A stretch of 64,000 nt of DNA, taken from assembly GCA_038142325.1 (NCBI GenBank), contig JAYQJW010000002.1:96001-160000 (forward strand), read 5' to 3'. Position numbers and translations under genes: made by a program. Positions 10,515 to 23,909 of the stretch are shown one piece after another. Positions within the stretch are counted from its first letter, which is position 1, and each line of letters begins with the position of its first letter. Under the pieces are notes generated by a model, which was not told the origin of the DNA, ran no database searches, and was given only the letters and a program-made list of their open reading frames with translations. The stretch is from Gammaproteobacteria bacterium (GTDB lineage: Bacteria > Pseudomonadota > Gammaproteobacteria > GCA-002705445 > GCA-002716945).

Positions 10515-11274
10515 TATAAGAAATTATTAAAGGAGCATGGTCAGAAAACTTTTTATCTTTATAAACAGACACGCTTTTTACTTTGTCTCTTAAGTCTGCA
10601 GTAACCATTTGATAATCTATCCTCCAACCAACATTATTCGCATATGCATTTCCTCTATTAGACCACCAAGTATAAACATCGGTCTTTTTGCATTTCTCTC
10701 TAAATGCATCACACAAACCAATCTTGCTTATTAAATTTGTCATCCATTCTCTTTCTTCAGGTAAAAAACCTGAATTTTTTTGATTTGAACGCCAGTTCTT
10801 AATATCTTCTTTAGTATGAGCAATATTATAATCGCCACAAATAATTAGCGCTTTTCTTTTTTTCATTTCTTTTCTTATATATTTTTCAAAATAATCCATA
10901 AATTCATATTTTAATTTTTGTCTCAATTCACCGGATGATCCCGAGGGGAAGTATATAGAAATAACTTTATAATGTTCAAATTCTAATGATATGAACCTGC
11001 CTTCTTTTTCAAAAATTGATTTAGAAAAACATGTTTCAGTTTTAAGTGGTTCATGTTTAGTATATATGGCAACACCACTGTATCCTTTTTTTTCTGCGAC
11101 ATTCATAAACCTTTTGTAACCAGGTATTTCAAAATCACTGCTATTAATTTGATCTTCTAGAGCTCTAGTTTCTTGCATACATATAAAATCAGCTTTAGAA
11201 TTTTTTAGCCATTTAAAAATCCCCTTTTTTTGACTTGACCTAATACCACAGACATTAATAGTTATAACTTTCAT
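10507..11274 (-). CDS. xth: Exodeoxyribonuclease III / AP endonuclease
   Basis: CMQETRA, KKGYSGV, CGDYNIAH, GWRIDYQ, FSDHAPL (catalytic residues intact). Confidence 0.9.
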   Translation of the reverse strand: MKVITINVCGIRSSQKKGIFKWLKNSKADFICMQETRALEDQINSSDFEIPGYKRFMNVAEKKGYSGVAIYTKHEPLKTETCFSKSIFEKEGRFISLEFEHYKVISIYFPSGSSGELRQKLKYEFMDYFEKYIRKEMKKRKALIICGDYNIAHTKEDIKNWRSNQKNSGFLPEEREWMTNLISKIGLCDAFREKCKKTDVYTWWSNRGNAYANNVGWRIDYQMVTADLRDKVKSVSVYKDKKFSDHAPLIISYND

Positions 11275-11318
11275 CTTAACTTTTATGATATGGTATCATT
11301 AATTAAAGGTTACCCTCT

Positions 11319-11960
11319 ATGTTTAATAACAAACAAGATTTTATAGAATTCATTTTAAGTGAAAAAATTTTAAAATTTGGTAATTTTACACTAAAATCTG
11401 GAAGACAAAGCCCATACTATTTCAACACTGGGTTATGTCATAATGGAGAACTTATTACAAAACTATCTAGCTATTATGCTAGCTATATTACACAAAAGGC
11501 TCTTGAATTTGATTTTATTTTTGGTCCAGCCTACAAGGGAATTACGTTGTGTTCATCTATATCACAAAGTCTATTTGTGAACCACCAGCTTAACAAACCA
11601 TATGCTTTTAATAGAAAAGAAAAAAAAGATCATGGCGACATGGGTCAATTTGTCGGTTGTGATATATCAGGTTCAGCATTAATCGTTGATGATGTTGTAT
11701 CATCTGGATCATCCATAATTGAGTCAATAGACTTGATTAATGAAAAGAAATCAAAATGTCATGATGTTCTTGTTGCTTTCGATAGAATGGAGATTGGTAC
11801 ATCTAAGATGGCAACATTGGAACTGCATTCGGAATATAATACAGTCGTTCATAGCATTATTAATTTAGACGACATAGCCGACGTTGTTAAATCTAAATCA
11901 GAATACAAGTCTTTCATAAATGCTATGAATGATTATATGTCTACATACCGATCAGTCTAA
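11319..11960 (+). CDS. pyrE: Orotate phosphoribosyltransferase
   Basis: FTLKSGRQSPYYFN, FGPAYKGI, NRKEKKDHG, IVDDV. Confidence 0.95.
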   Translation: MFNNKQDFIEFILSEKILKFGNFTLKSGRQSPYYFNTGLCHNGELITKLSSYYASYITQKALEFDFIFGPAYKGITLCSSISQSLFVNHQLNKPYAFNRKEKKDHGDMGQFVGCDISGSALIVDDVVSSGSSIIESIDLINEKKSKCHDVLVAFDRMEIGTSKMATLELHSEYNTVVHSIINLDDIADVVKSKSEYKSFINAMNDYMSTYRSV

Positions 11961-12685
11961 AACAGCAGCTTATATGCAACTATCAGTGTGACAATCTGGT
12001 AGGCAATCTTAATAAATATATTTGATCTACTAATTGCTATCATAGCTCCTACGTAACCTCCAGCTAGTGAACCAATCAATAAAACGGGAAGAATTGTTAT
12101 GCTTATAGCTGATATTAAATAAAGTACAATAGCACCAATGAGATTATAAAAAAGCCCCACGACAAGTAATGTGTACCCAATTGCTTCTTTAAATGAGAAT
12201 CCATATATTTTAGTCAACATTAAAGTATACAAAAGTCCTGTGCCAGCAGAGAGGGAACCATTGAGAAAGCCAATGACAAATAATAAGAAATATACCATAG
12301 AGGAATTTACTTCCTTCGTTTTCTGATTTGTGCCTTTTGTAAATGACAAAATGAACACAATAAAAATCAGTACACCCAATAGCTTTCTGGCTATATTTTC
12401 ATCTATATAGGTAATAGAGAATGCGCCAATAATGACAGCAGGTAAACCAACTATAAGACCTTCATTGAAAATTCTTCTGTCTGGTTTATTTTTTTCAAAG
12501 AATTTTAAAGAAGCGCCTATGCCAAGAAGAACAGTAGAAATTTTGTGTGTTGCCAAGGCTACAGGGAATGAAATCTCAAAAAGTAATAATATTGCAGGTA
12601 GTTGTATTATCCCTGCACCGCCACCTGAGAAAGCAGAAAAAAGATTAGAGACAAAAGATATAAAAAGAAGTAACGCGTATTCCAA
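11957..12685 (-). CDS. TauE/SafE sulfite exporter family membrane protein
   Basis: SGGGAGIIQLP, ALATHK, GFLNGSLSAGTG, GGYVGA; multi-TM. Confidence 0.85.
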   Translation of the reverse strand: MEYALLLFISFVSNLFSAFSGGGAGIIQLPAILLLFEISFPVALATHKISTVLLGIGASLKFFEKNKPDRRIFNEGLIVGLPAVIIGAFSITYIDENIARKLLGVLIFIVFILSFTKGTNQKTKEVNSSMVYFLLFVIGFLNGSLSAGTGLLYTLMLTKIYGFSFKEAIGYTLLVVGLFYNLIGAIVLYLISAISITILPVLLIGSLAGGYVGAMIAISRSNIFIKIAYQIVTLIVAYKLLF

Positions 12686-12688
12686 GAT

Positions 12689-14960
<2,272 letters not shown>

Positions 14961-14983
<23 letters not shown>

Positions 14984-15410
14984 AACCTTTATCTCCTCTA
15001 TCTGTTTGATCAAATGCATCCACTATTTCAAATCGTGGATGCTCAACTCTTATAAAAACCAATTGTGCAATCCTATCTAATGGGTTGATGATATATTCAT
15101 TAACACTTCGGTTCCAACAGGAGATCATGAGCTCGCCTTGATAATCAGAATCTATTAATCCCACTAAGTTTCCCAGAACTATTCCTTTTTTATGCCCAAG
15201 GCCAGACCTAGGCAAAATTGTAGCTGCATAATCTTTGTTTTTTATGTACACCGATAGACCCGTTGGGATTAAAATTGTTTCATTTGGCCTTAGATTAATC
15301 TTATCATCAATGGCTGCTCTGAGGTCTAGTCCTGCTGACCCATCTGTTGAGTATACTGGAACAGATTTTATTAATTTATTAATCAGCCTAATTTCAACTT
15401 TATCTAGCAT
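14961..15410 (-). CDS. dut: dUTPase
   Basis: [35 protein letters not shown]. Confidence 0.96.
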
Positions 15411-16629
15411 TTTTAACTTTGATCAAGTTGTCTCTAAGATTATTTGCCAGCTCCTTGATTATTCCTTTTGCAAGTTCTTTTTTCGAATTAAGAGGTAAAT
15501 GCTTTGTACTGTTATTTTGTATTAAAGTAACTTCATTTTCATCTGAGCCAAACGCCAGTCCTTTTTGATGGTTTGCTTCATTTGCGATAATCATGTCTAT
15601 ATTTTTGCTTATCAGTTTGTCTGCAGCATATTTAAGCACATCATGTGTTTCAGCAGAGAATCCTACTGTAAATAATGAAGGATTTTTTTCCTTTGCCGTC
15701 TTTAATATATCAATTCCTCTTTTCAGCGTTATGTGAAGATCTCCATCTACGCTTTTATGTTTTTTTGTGATTAGCTTACTTGGTTTATAGTCTGATATAG
15801 CGGCTGCCGATATATATACATCAAAATCAGAGACTTTATTCAGAACTTGTTCGAGCATCTCTGAGGATGTTTCAATATAGGTGACAGGTATTTTATCAGG
15901 AGGGTCAATAATTACAGGCCCACTAATCAATTCAACATACGCCCCCATATCTCTTGCTGCTTCAGCTACCGCATAACCCATCTTGCCTGAGCTGTAATTA
16001 CTTATAAATCTTACCGGATCAATTGGTTCCCTAGTAGGACCCGCAGACACTAATACTTTTAGGCCGTTGAGTATATTTTTGGAAATTGCACTGCTTATAT
16101 GATCTACTATCATTTCCGGCTGACTCATTCTTCCATATCCTTCATCGCCACATGCATGTTTGCCATAATCTGGGCCAATTACACTGAATTTACTCTTAGG
16201 CATATTATGTAAGTTCTTTTGGAGCAGTTCATTATTCCACATATCAGGATTCATAGCTGGTGCTATAAATATTTTTTCCTTAAATGCTAAGCATATCGTT
16301 GAAAGTAAATCATCTCCTAAAGCATTAGTTATTTTATTGAATGAGTTAGCTGTACATGGTGCTATTAAAACTATATCTGCCCATTTTGCTAAATCAAGAT
16401 GAAGAAAATGCTCATGACATTCACTTTCATCAACGTAGACTTTATTTTCCGATATACATTCCAATGTTCTCTCTGTAATAAAAGACGTTGAAGATTTTGT
16501 CATGACTACTTTTATACACGCCCCTGCTTTCTTTAGTCTGCTAATAAGATCAGCAGCTTTGTAGGCGGCAATGCTTCCTGTGATGCCAACTAATATATTT
16601 TTTTTGTTTAGATTATTCACAGAGAACAT
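15400..16629 (-). CDS. coaBC: Bifunctional CoaBC (Dfp)
   Basis: [48 protein letters not shown]. Confidence 0.96.
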   Translation of the reverse strand: MFSVNNLNKKNILVGITGSIAAYKAADLISRLKKAGACIKVVMTKSSTSFITERTLECISENKVYVDESECHEHFLHLDLAKWADIVLIAPCTANSFNKITNALGDDLLSTICLAFKEKIFIAPAMNPDMWNNELLQKNLHNMPKSKFSVIGPDYGKHACGDEGYGRMSQPEMIVDHISSAISKNILNGLKVLVSAGPTREPIDPVRFISNYSSGKMGYAVAEAARDMGAYVELISGPVIIDPPDKIPVTYIETSSEMLEQVLNKVSDFDVYISAAAISDYKPSKLITKKHKSVDGDLHITLKRGIDILKTAKEKNPSLFTVGFSAETHDVLKYAADKLISKNIDMIIANEANHQKGLAFGSDENEVTLIQNNSTKHLPLNSKKELAKGIIKELANNLRDNLIKVKNAR

Positions 16630-17770
16630 TTTGTAAGGTATTTAAGACTTTATCAATCTCTTTTTTTGTATGTTTAGCTGATAATGTAATTCTTATTTTA
16701 TCCTGATTCTTAGGAACAGTAGGATATCTTATAGCTTGAACTAGTATATTTTCTTCTAGGAACCTCTTTTTTACCTTGATTGTCAAATGTGGATCACCTA
16801 GTGTAAATGTTTTTATTGGGACTTGATTCAGATTACAAGTAATTCCTTTTGAGAGACAACTATCATTAAAATATTTTATGTTTTCATGAAGTTTCTCGTA
16901 ATAGCTTTTATCTGAAGCTAATATATTTAGACTTTTTCTAGTAGCATCTATTATACAACGTGGTAGTGAGGTTGAATAAATATAGGGTTTGCCTTTTTGG
17001 ACAATCATTTCTATTAAATCCTTACCTCCACATATAAATGACCCCACTGTTCCAACTGCTTTACCAAATGTTCCCATATATGCATCAGCATCTGATGGTT
17101 GCATACCAAATGATTCACACGTAGTCTCAATTGATAAGACGTTTCCTTTATTCTCTGCTACGGCAAATCCATGTGCGTCATCTATATATAGCAGCACATC
17201 ACTCTTATTCTTTTCATCTAGATGATTCTTTAAATTTGTAATATCACCACTCATACTAAATACAGCTTCACTAAAAAGAATGTTTTTCTCTGTGTGAGAT
17301 TTAATAGATAAGCCGGGATCAGTGAGATGATTATATCTTATGATATTAACTTTATTGATTTTTGATGATTCTATAATTGAGTTATGTGATTCTTTGTCTT
17401 GTATTACATTTATTGTTCTATCAAATATGCTTAAAAGACATAAATTCGCCATGTATCCGCTATTTAAGACAATACAACTCTCCGTACCAAGATATTCCGT
17501 TAGTTCTTTTTCTAGGTAATGATGTGATTTAATATAACCAGTTATCAAAGGTGAGGAGCCTGTTCCGATACCATGCATGCTAGCAGATTTATTCATTTCT
17601 TTGATTACTTCTGCATTAGATGACATACCCAAGTAATCATTACTGCTAAATGATGAAAATATATTATTATTTATTTTTGCTTTTGTTGAGGAGTTTGATT
17701 GAACTACATCTCGAATTCTTTCGTAACCATTTCGTTTGATTTCATCAAGCAGATTATTAAACTTTGCCAA
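16613..17770 (-). CDS. bioF: 8-amino-7-oxononanoate synthase
   Basis: FSSNDYLG, SGYMAN, DDAHG, GTFGKA, AIRYPTVP. Confidence 0.92.
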   Translation of the reverse strand: MAKFNNLLDEIKRNGYERIRDVVQSNSSTKAKINNNIFSSFSSNDYLGMSSNAEVIKEMNKSASMHGIGTGSSPLITGYIKSHHYLEKELTEYLGTESCIVLNSGYMANLCLLSIFDRTINVIQDKESHNSIIESSKINKVNIIRYNHLTDPGLSIKSHTEKNILFSEAVFSMSGDITNLKNHLDEKNKSDVLLYIDDAHGFAVAENKGNVLSIETTCESFGMQPSDADAYMGTFGKAVGTVGSFICGGKDLIEMIVQKGKPYIYSTSLPRCIIDATRKSLNILASDKSYYEKLHENIKYFNDSCLSKGITCNLNQVPIKTFTLGDPHLTIKVKKRFLEENILVQAIRYPTVPKNQDKIRITLSAKHTKKEIDKVLNTLQNVLCE

Positions 17771-17772
17771 AA

Positions 17773-18717
17773 TTAAATAGTTTCGATGCTAAGTTTACTT
17801 AGTAAATTTTTATCATGATTGATTGATGAGTTTTTTGTAGTGAGTAACTCCTCTCCATAAAATATTGAATTGGCACCAGCAAAAAAACAAAGCGCTTGCA
17901 TTTCATCATTCATTGTATCGCGACCTGCCGATAATCTTACGTATGTCTTTGGCATTGTGATTATTGTAATTGCAATTATTCTAATGAAATCAAAGTTATC
18001 TACATCATCATTATTTGAATATGGAGTACCCTCAATTCTAACTAATTTATTCATTGGAACAGACTCTGGTTGCTCATCCATGTTACAAAGCACCTCAATT
18101 AATTTAAGTCTATCAAGATTCTCCTCTCCTAGACCCAAAATACCGCCCGTACAAACTTTTATGCCTGCATCCCTGACATATTTCAAAGTGTTTAATCTAT
18201 CTTTGTATGTTCTTGTAGATACAACTTTACTGTAATACTCTTCAGAGCTATCTAAGTTATGATTGTAATAATCAAGTCCTGATTCCTTAAGTGATTCAGC
18301 CTGCTCTTTTTTCAACATGCCAAGAGTGAGGCAAGTCTCAAGCTCTAATTCTTTAACCGCTTTAACCATATCTTTTATTTTTGATATATTACTGTCGTTA
18401 AGATTTCTCCATGCAGCACCCATGCAGAACCTTGATGCTCCTGATTTTTTTGCCTCTTTTGCTTGTGCAATTACTTCATCGACTGTTAAAAGTTTTTCTA
18501 TTTCAACGTCAGTATTATACTTTATGCTTTGTGAACAATACTTACAATCTTCCGGGCAGCCGCCAGTCTTAATTGACATGAGTGTTGATACTTGAATTTT
18601 ATTAGGATCATGATTTTGTCTATGCACAGTTTGTGCTTGGTAGATCAAATCATTAAATGGCATATGATATAATTTTTCTATGTCCTTAAGAGACCATTTA
18701 TTTAGTTTTTTATTCAT
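17773..18717 (-). CDS. bioB: Biotin synthase
   Basis: [34 protein letters not shown]. Confidence 0.97.
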   Translation of the reverse strand: MNKKLNKWSLKDIEKLYHMPFNDLIYQAQTVHRQNHDPNKIQVSTLMSIKTGGCPEDCKYCSQSIKYNTDVEIEKLLTVDEVIAQAKEAKKSGASRFCMGAAWRNLNDSNISKIKDMVKAVKELELETCLTLGMLKKEQAESLKESGLDYYNHNLDSSEEYYSKVVSTRTYKDRLNTLKYVRDAGIKVCTGGILGLGEENLDRLKLIEVLCNMDEQPESVPMNKLVRIEGTPYSNNDDVDNFDFIRIIAITIITMPKTYVRLSAGRDTMNDEMQALCFFAGANSIFYGEELLTTKNSSINHDKNLLSKLSIETI

Positions 18718-19567
18718 AAAGATAGTTTAATAGTAGTCCAAAAAAGATTATTAATCCAAAAATATTATTGTTTTCAAATGCCGATATACATTGATAAGGC
18801 AAACGATTTTTAACCAATATTTTTTGGTAGGCTGCTATCAGAACTGCTATTAATAAACCCAAGTAATATAGAATTCCAAGCGCATTAATTAAACCAACGA
18901 TTACCAGAACAAGAATACTCAATATATGAAAATAAAAAGGATATTTAATATCATTATCTTCAAATAATATTGCTGATGATTTATTTCCAACTTTTATATC
19001 ATCTTTTTTATCTGCAATAGCATAATATGTATCATAGGCTATAGCCCAAGATATAGTTGCTACATACATTAATAAACATGATAAGTTAGTATGACCGGTT
19101 TGTGCGATATATACCATTGGTATGCTAGAACCGAAGGCAATCCCTAAAACCATTTGTGGTATTTTTAAATATCTTTTTGAAATAGGATAAATAATAATTA
19201 AACAAAAAGCGGCTAAGGCATATACAAAAACCTCTAACCCGATCATCATTAAAATTAAAATACAAAGTGATATTAAACCTAAAAAAAGAATGACTGCCTC
19301 TATTGAACTAACTTTACCTGATGCTAGCATTCTATCTTTAGTTCTTTCTACTTTCTTGTCTAGCTCTTTGTCGAAGTAATCATTAATTACACATCCAGCA
19401 GATCTTGTAAGCACTGTGCCAATAAGAAACAGTATCAATAAAAATACGTTTGGATGCCCATTAGAAGATATAAGAAATGCCCATAACATAGGCCACATCA
19501 GAAGGTAGATGCCTATCGGCCTATCCATTCTCATAAGATAATAGTAATTATTTAAGCGATCAATCAA
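18710..19567 (-). CDS. ubiA: 4-hydroxybenzoate polyprenyltransferase
   Basis: [32 protein letters not shown]. Confidence 0.94.
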   Translation of the reverse strand: MIDRLNNYYYLMRMDRPIGIYLLMWPMLWAFLISSNGHPNVFLLILFLIGTVLTRSAGCVINDYFDKELDKKVERTKDRMLASGKVSSIEAVILFLGLISLCILILMMIGLEVFVYALAAFCLIIIYPISKRYLKIPQMVLGIAFGSSIPMVYIAQTGHTNLSCLLMYVATISWAIAYDTYYAIADKKDDIKVGNKSSAILFEDNDIKYPFYFHILSILVLVIVGLINALGILYYLGLLIAVLIAAYQKILVKNRLPYQCISAFENNNIFGLIIFFGLLLNYLYE

Positions 19568-19569
19568 CT

Positions 19570-20118
19570 TTATATTTTTCCATCTAATCCCATCTGATAA
19601 TATTTATGGACAAGATCATCTTGGTTTTCTAGCAACCAATCAATCGAAGGCTCGTTGTTCATAGCTTTTTTAATTGCTTGATGTGTAGCTTTTCTATGAA
19701 TATCAAATAGTATTTTGTGATCAAGGCTGTCGTCTTTTGATACGCTTGGATTAAGCCAAACGGAAACTATTATTCCAAGATCATTAGCTTTTTCTTTTTC
19801 AATTGTTCCGTCTCTAACAGAGTCTAATACACCGTTTGCAATAGCTCCCTGAACAGTTCCCATCAGAATATTTGTGTATCTTGTATTATCTACAGTGACC
19901 TTACTAACCATTAAGGTTGCTGGCTTGACCATTATGTCTGTATTCATTATTGCAAGAACTTTTGAATGACCCTTTGCCTGATCACCTAACAGGTTTGCAA
20001 ATGCTGTTCCAAATGGCCCATCAAGTTCACCTATGATTACCTCTGGTTCAGCCGCAGTCCCTGGCGGTCCACCAGCAACTAAAGACTCACCAACTCTCAT
20101 TGTAATTTTTTCCGACAT
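19570..20118 (-). CDS. fae: Formaldehyde-activating enzyme homologue (Fae2-like subgroup)
   Basis: VGESLV, IIGELDGPFGTAFANLL, GHSKVLAI, VKPATLMVSKVTV, QGAIANGVLDSV, KAMNNEPSIDWLL; AGGAG SD upstream. Confidence 0.88.
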   Translation of the reverse strand: MSEKITMRVGESLVAGGPPGTAAEPEVIIGELDGPFGTAFANLLGDQAKGHSKVLAIMNTDIMVKPATLMVSKVTVDNTRYTNILMGTVQGAIANGVLDSVRDGTIEKEKANDLGIIVSVWLNPSVSKDDSLDHKILFDIHRKATHQAIKKAMNNEPSIDWLLENQDDLVHKYYQMGLDGKI

Positions 20119-20181
20119 TTTTACTCCTATTTTATTTTGTGTCTATGATATAGTTTTTAGGTAATTATTTAAACATACAAT

Positions 20182-20712
20182 ATGATTAGGAAATTCAAAT
20201 CACATGTCCCTCAATTAGGATCTCGCGTCTTTGTTGATGTGCAAGCAACTGTAATTGGCGACGTTACATTAGGAGATGATTCTAGCATATGGCCACAAAC
20301 AGTAATAAGGGGAGACATTAAGCCAATATCTATAGGCGAAAGATCCAATATTCAAGATGGTAGTGTTGTTCACGTAACACATAAGAGTGATTATTCTCCA
20401 GGGTATGAGTGTATTATCGGTTCAGATGTAACCATCGGGCATGGTTGTATTATTCATGCTTGCACAATTGAAAGTTTATCCCTCATCGGTATGGGCAGTA
20501 CAGTATTAGATGGAGCTGTGGTCGAATCCCAAGTTATGATAGGAGCTAATTCATTGGTCCCTCCAGGAAAGAAATTAGAGTCAGGTTATTTATATATGGG
20601 TTCACCATGCAAAAAAATACGTCCACTCAAGGATTCTGAAATTAAATTTCTAGAGTATTCTGCTAGCCATTATGTTCAAACAAAAGATGATTTTTTAAAC
20701 AGCTCTGAGTAA
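20182..20712 (+). CDS. Gamma-carbonic-anhydrase family protein (YrdA-like)
   Basis: Hexapeptide repeats, IRGD, NIQDGSVVH, TIGHGCIIHAC; convergent with aroE as in E. coli. Confidence 0.9.
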   Translation: MIRKFKSHVPQLGSRVFVDVQATVIGDVTLGDDSSIWPQTVIRGDIKPISIGERSNIQDGSVVHVTHKSDYSPGYECIIGSDVTIGHGCIIHACTIESLSLIGMGSTVLDGAVVESQVMIGANSLVPPGKKLESGYLYMGSPCKKIRPLKDSEIKFLEYSASHYVQTKDDFLNSSE

Positions 20713-21501
20713 GCTCTCTAAATTATTTTTATCGGGTATAAGATTATTCCAAATGTTAAAGGAGTGTTTTGCCTGATGTATTAGCATCCCCAAGCCGTCA
20801 TAACAAAGTTTAGCACCATTTTTTATAGCCCATTTTTGAAAAGCTGTCTTGTCATTGCTATAAAATAAATCATAGCAGATTGTATTTGAGCTCAATAAAT
20901 TATAAGGAAGGGTAATTTTTCCATTATTCATGCTTATAGGGGTAGTATTTACAATAATGTCATATGTACTCTGGTTAGTGTGAGGCAATAATCTTGGGGA
21001 TTTAAAAAAGCTTAATAATTTTTCAGCATTGAGAGGTGTTCTATTTAATATTGACACAATAGCGGTTTTCTCATTTCCTAAAATGGCACTTATTAAACTA
21101 GATGCTGAACCACCAGCACCATATATGAGAATTTTTTTATTGTCTAGCTGGATATTTTTAGACGAAATATCGTCTACGAAACCAGCTCCATCTGTACTGT
21201 AACCTTTTAGTTTTCCTGATTCATATTTAATGGTATTCACGCTACCACAATTCATCGCTGAACTATCCAAAACGTCACACAAATTATATGCAGCATTTTT
21301 AAATGGGACAGTTATATTTAGTCCTGAACCATTATTTTGAAAAAATTCTCTTACAGTTATCTCAAAGTCATCATGCGTCGCTTTGATTTTTTTATAGCTA
21401 AAGTTATTAAGGTTGAACTGTGAAGCAAAATTATAATGTATCTTCGGAGATAGGCTATGATCTACAGGATTACCAATAACACCAAAAATTAATTCAACCA
21501 T
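20695..21501 (-). CDS. aroE: Shikimate dehydrogenase
   Basis: GNPVDHSLSP, GLNITVPFK, SVNT, TDGAG, GAGG, DGLGMLIHQA. Confidence 0.95.
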   Translation of the reverse strand: MVELIFGVIGNPVDHSLSPKIHYNFASQFNLNNFSYKKIKATHDDFEITVREFFQNNGSGLNITVPFKNAAYNLCDVLDSSAMNCGSVNTIKYESGKLKGYSTDGAGFVDDISSKNIQLDNKKILIYGAGGSASSLISAILGNEKTAIVSILNRTPLNAEKLLSFFKSPRLLPHTNQSTYDIIVNTTPISMNNGKITLPYNLLSSNTICYDLFYSNDKTAFQKWAIKNGAKLCYDGLGMLIHQAKHSFNIWNNLIPDKNNLESLLRAV

Positions 21502-22505
21502 CTTGCTGCTTCTTTTGCATAGTATGTAATTATTGATGACGCGCCAGCTCTTCTTATTGAAGTCAAAGTTTCTAAGACAATATGTTCTTCATTAAATATA
21601 TTTTTTTTTAAAGCAGCTTTTATCATTAAATACTCTCCACTTACATGGTATGCAAGAACGGGAATTTTAAAATTATCTTTAATATTCGATATTATATCCA
21701 AATTTGGAATCGCAGGCTTGACCATAACCAAATCCGCACCTTCTCTCAGATAAAGATCAACTTCCCTGATAGCTTCGTCTTTATTTGCATAATCCATTTG
21801 ATATGTTTTTTTATCTGATTTGCCAAGTGCTGCGAGCGATCCAACTGCATCTCGAAATGGACCATAATAATTAGAAGCATACTTAGCTGAATACGATAAA
21901 ATTTTTGTGTTATAAAATTTATTTTTTTCCAATTGTTTTCTTATTAATTTAACTCTTCCATCCATCATATCTGATGGTGCTATGATATCTGAGCCAGATT
22001 CTGCGTGACTTAATGCTTGTCTAACGAGAATATCATTTGTTGCATCATTTAATATGTAACCAGAATCATCAATAATTCCATCTTGACCATGAGACGTGTA
22101 AGGGTCGAGGGCTACATCACTTATTATTAAAATATTCGGAAATTTATCTTTTATCTTTCTTATAGAGTTTTGAATCAATCCATTTTTATTATATGCCTCA
22201 TTTGCATTTAGTGATTTTTTAGAAGAAGAAATTTTTGGGAATATTGCTATTGCTACAATGCCAAGAGCACATAATGATTTAATTTCTTTCAGTGCACTAT
22301 CAATAGAGTATCTATAAATATTGGGCATAGACATAATTTTTTCTTTTTTGTTAACACCATCTGTCAAAAATATTGGCTGTATAAGGTTATGAGCTGACAA
22401 AGATGTCTCGCGTATAAGTTTTCTTATACTACTGGAATCCCTTAATCTTCTCATCCTGAGTGAGGGATAACTTTGTCTTGATAACTTTTTCATCAGACTT
22501 TTCAT
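21489..22505 (-). CDS. hemB: Porphobilinogen synthase, Zn-independent type
   Basis: RMRRLR, DVALDPYTSHGQDG, APSDMMDGR, SYSAKY, YGPFRDA, MVKP. Confidence 0.96.
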   Translation of the reverse strand: MKSLMKKLSRQSYPSLRMRRLRDSSSIRKLIRETSLSAHNLIQPIFLTDGVNKKEKIMSMPNIYRYSIDSALKEIKSLCALGIVAIAIFPKISSSKKSLNANEAYNKNGLIQNSIRKIKDKFPNILIISDVALDPYTSHGQDGIIDDSGYILNDATNDILVRQALSHAESGSDIIAPSDMMDGRVKLIRKQLEKNKFYNTKILSYSAKYASNYYGPFRDAVGSLAALGKSDKKTYQMDYANKDEAIREVDLYLREGADLVMVKPAIPNLDIISNIKDNFKIPVLAYHVSGEYLMIKAALKKNIFNEEHIVLETLTSIRRAGASSIITYYAKEAARWLN

Positions 22506-22559
22506 TTTAAGAGAAGATGATATATTAATCTATCAAGTTTTGACATAAGAGGTAGATTG

Positions 22560-23036
22560 ATGAAAATTTGGCATGAAAATTACACATTAGAACATGTTAT
22601 TGCGCTTAGAGATAATAATCTTAATAAACATTTAGGTATTAAATTTACAGAAATCAGCGATGATTCGATCTCTGCAACTATGCCAGTGGAGGATTTTACG
22701 CGTCAGTCACGGGGCATTTTACATGGTGGCGCATCTTGTGTTCTAGCCGAAGCTTTAGGAAGCATTGCGTCAAATTTATGTCTGGATATGAGAAAACAAA
22801 AAGCTGTAGGACTAGAATTGAATGCAAATCATATTAGACCAGTTCGCTCGGGTATTGTTACTGGAGTAACTAAGCCGGTAGCATTAGGAAAATCTATACA
22901 TGTATGGAATATTGAAATTTTCAATCAAGCTGGAAAGATTAATTGTGTATCTAGACTTACTACTGCAATAGTGGATTTGAAAGATGATGAAATAAAGATA
23001 AACTCAAAGCTGGTTGATTCATTACTTTCTAGCTAA
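22560..23036 (+). CDS. PaaI/YdiI-type hotdog-fold thioesterase
   Basis: TRQSRGILHGGASCVLAEALGS, VGLELNANHIRPV. Confidence 0.88.
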   Translation: MKIWHENYTLEHVIALRDNNLNKHLGIKFTEISDDSISATMPVEDFTRQSRGILHGGASCVLAEALGSIASNLCLDMRKQKAVGLELNANHIRPVRSGIVTGVTKPVALGKSIHVWNIEIFNQAGKINCVSRLTTAIVDLKDDEIKINSKLVDSLLSS

Positions 23037-23906
23037 AAGTAAAATATCATTCAAATTTTTATCATAACTTTTAAAATCATACTTACTATTCCATGAAACT
23101 ATTGGTGGCATTGACATTAAAATTGAATCAGACCTTCCTCCCGACTGTAATCCAAATAGAGTTCCGCGATCATAAAGTAAATTAAATTCAACGTATCTTC
23201 CTCGTCTATAAAGCTGGTAAGCTTTTTCTTTAGTAGAAAATTTTTTTTCTTTTCTAAGGTTAAATAAATATTCATATGAATTAATAAATGTTTTTGCACA
23301 ATCTAAAGTAAATTTCTTACAAGTATTGAAATCAGGTGTAGATATTTGATCAAAGAAAATACCACCTACTCCTCTTGGTTCACTTCTGTGAGGCAAGTAA
23401 AAATAATTATCACAATTGTCACTATATTTTTTGTACCAGTTGGAGTCATAGCTATCACAAAGCTTCTTAGCAGAATCTTTCCAATAAATTACATCTGATT
23501 TATTGATGAAGTATGGAGTAAGATCAAAACCGCCACCAAACCACCAAATTCTTTTCTTGCCAACATTCGCTTCAAAAAACCTTATATTCATATGTGCGCA
23601 TGACGTCTTTGGATTATTAGGATGGATAATCACGGAAACACCAGTCGCCTTAAACTTATCGAGTCCTTTTAGACCATTTTTATTCAACGCACTTACTGGA
23701 AGATTATTACCCATGATGCTAGAAAAATTAACAGCTGCTTTCTCTACATATTTTTTTCCAGATATTGCGCATGTAATTCCTCCTCCACCTGATTTATGTT
23801 TCCAGATTGTTTTATCTACCACTGATGATTTATCTAAAGATTTAATTGAGCCAACAATCATCTTTTGAACATTTTTATATTTATCAGATATTTCTTTTGT
23901 TTTCAC
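23022..23906 (-). CDS. hemF: Oxygen-dependent coproporphyrinogen III oxidase
   Basis: HMNIRFF, WWFGGGFDLTP, RGVGGIFFD, RRGRYVEFNLLYDRGTLFGLQSGGR. Confidence 0.96.
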   Translation of the reverse strand: MKTKEISDKYKNVQKMIVGSIKSLDKSSVVDKTIWKHKSGGGGITCAISGKKYVEKAAVNFSSIMGNNLPVSALNKNGLKGLDKFKATGVSVIIHPNNPKTSCAHMNIRFFEANVGKKRIWWFGGGFDLTPYFINKSDVIYWKDSAKKLCDSYDSNWYKKYSDNCDNYFYLPHRSEPRGVGGIFFDQISTPDFNTCKKFTLDCAKTFINSYEYLFNLRKEKKFSTKEKAYQLYRRGRYVEFNLLYDRGTLFGLQSGGRSDSILMSMPPIVSWNSKYDFKSYDKNLNDILLLARK

Positions 23907-23909
23907 GGT

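Noticed and set aside
10507-11274. Catabolite repression protein Crc (same position opposite pyrE in Pseudomonas)
   Set aside because: Catalytic ExoIII residues (QE, GDYN, SDH) are intact, whereas Crc has them altered; called xth.
22560-23036. Thioesterase as menI (menaquinone pathway)
   Set aside because: No men genes in the window and hotdog thioesterases are promiscuous; the symbol is not supportable.
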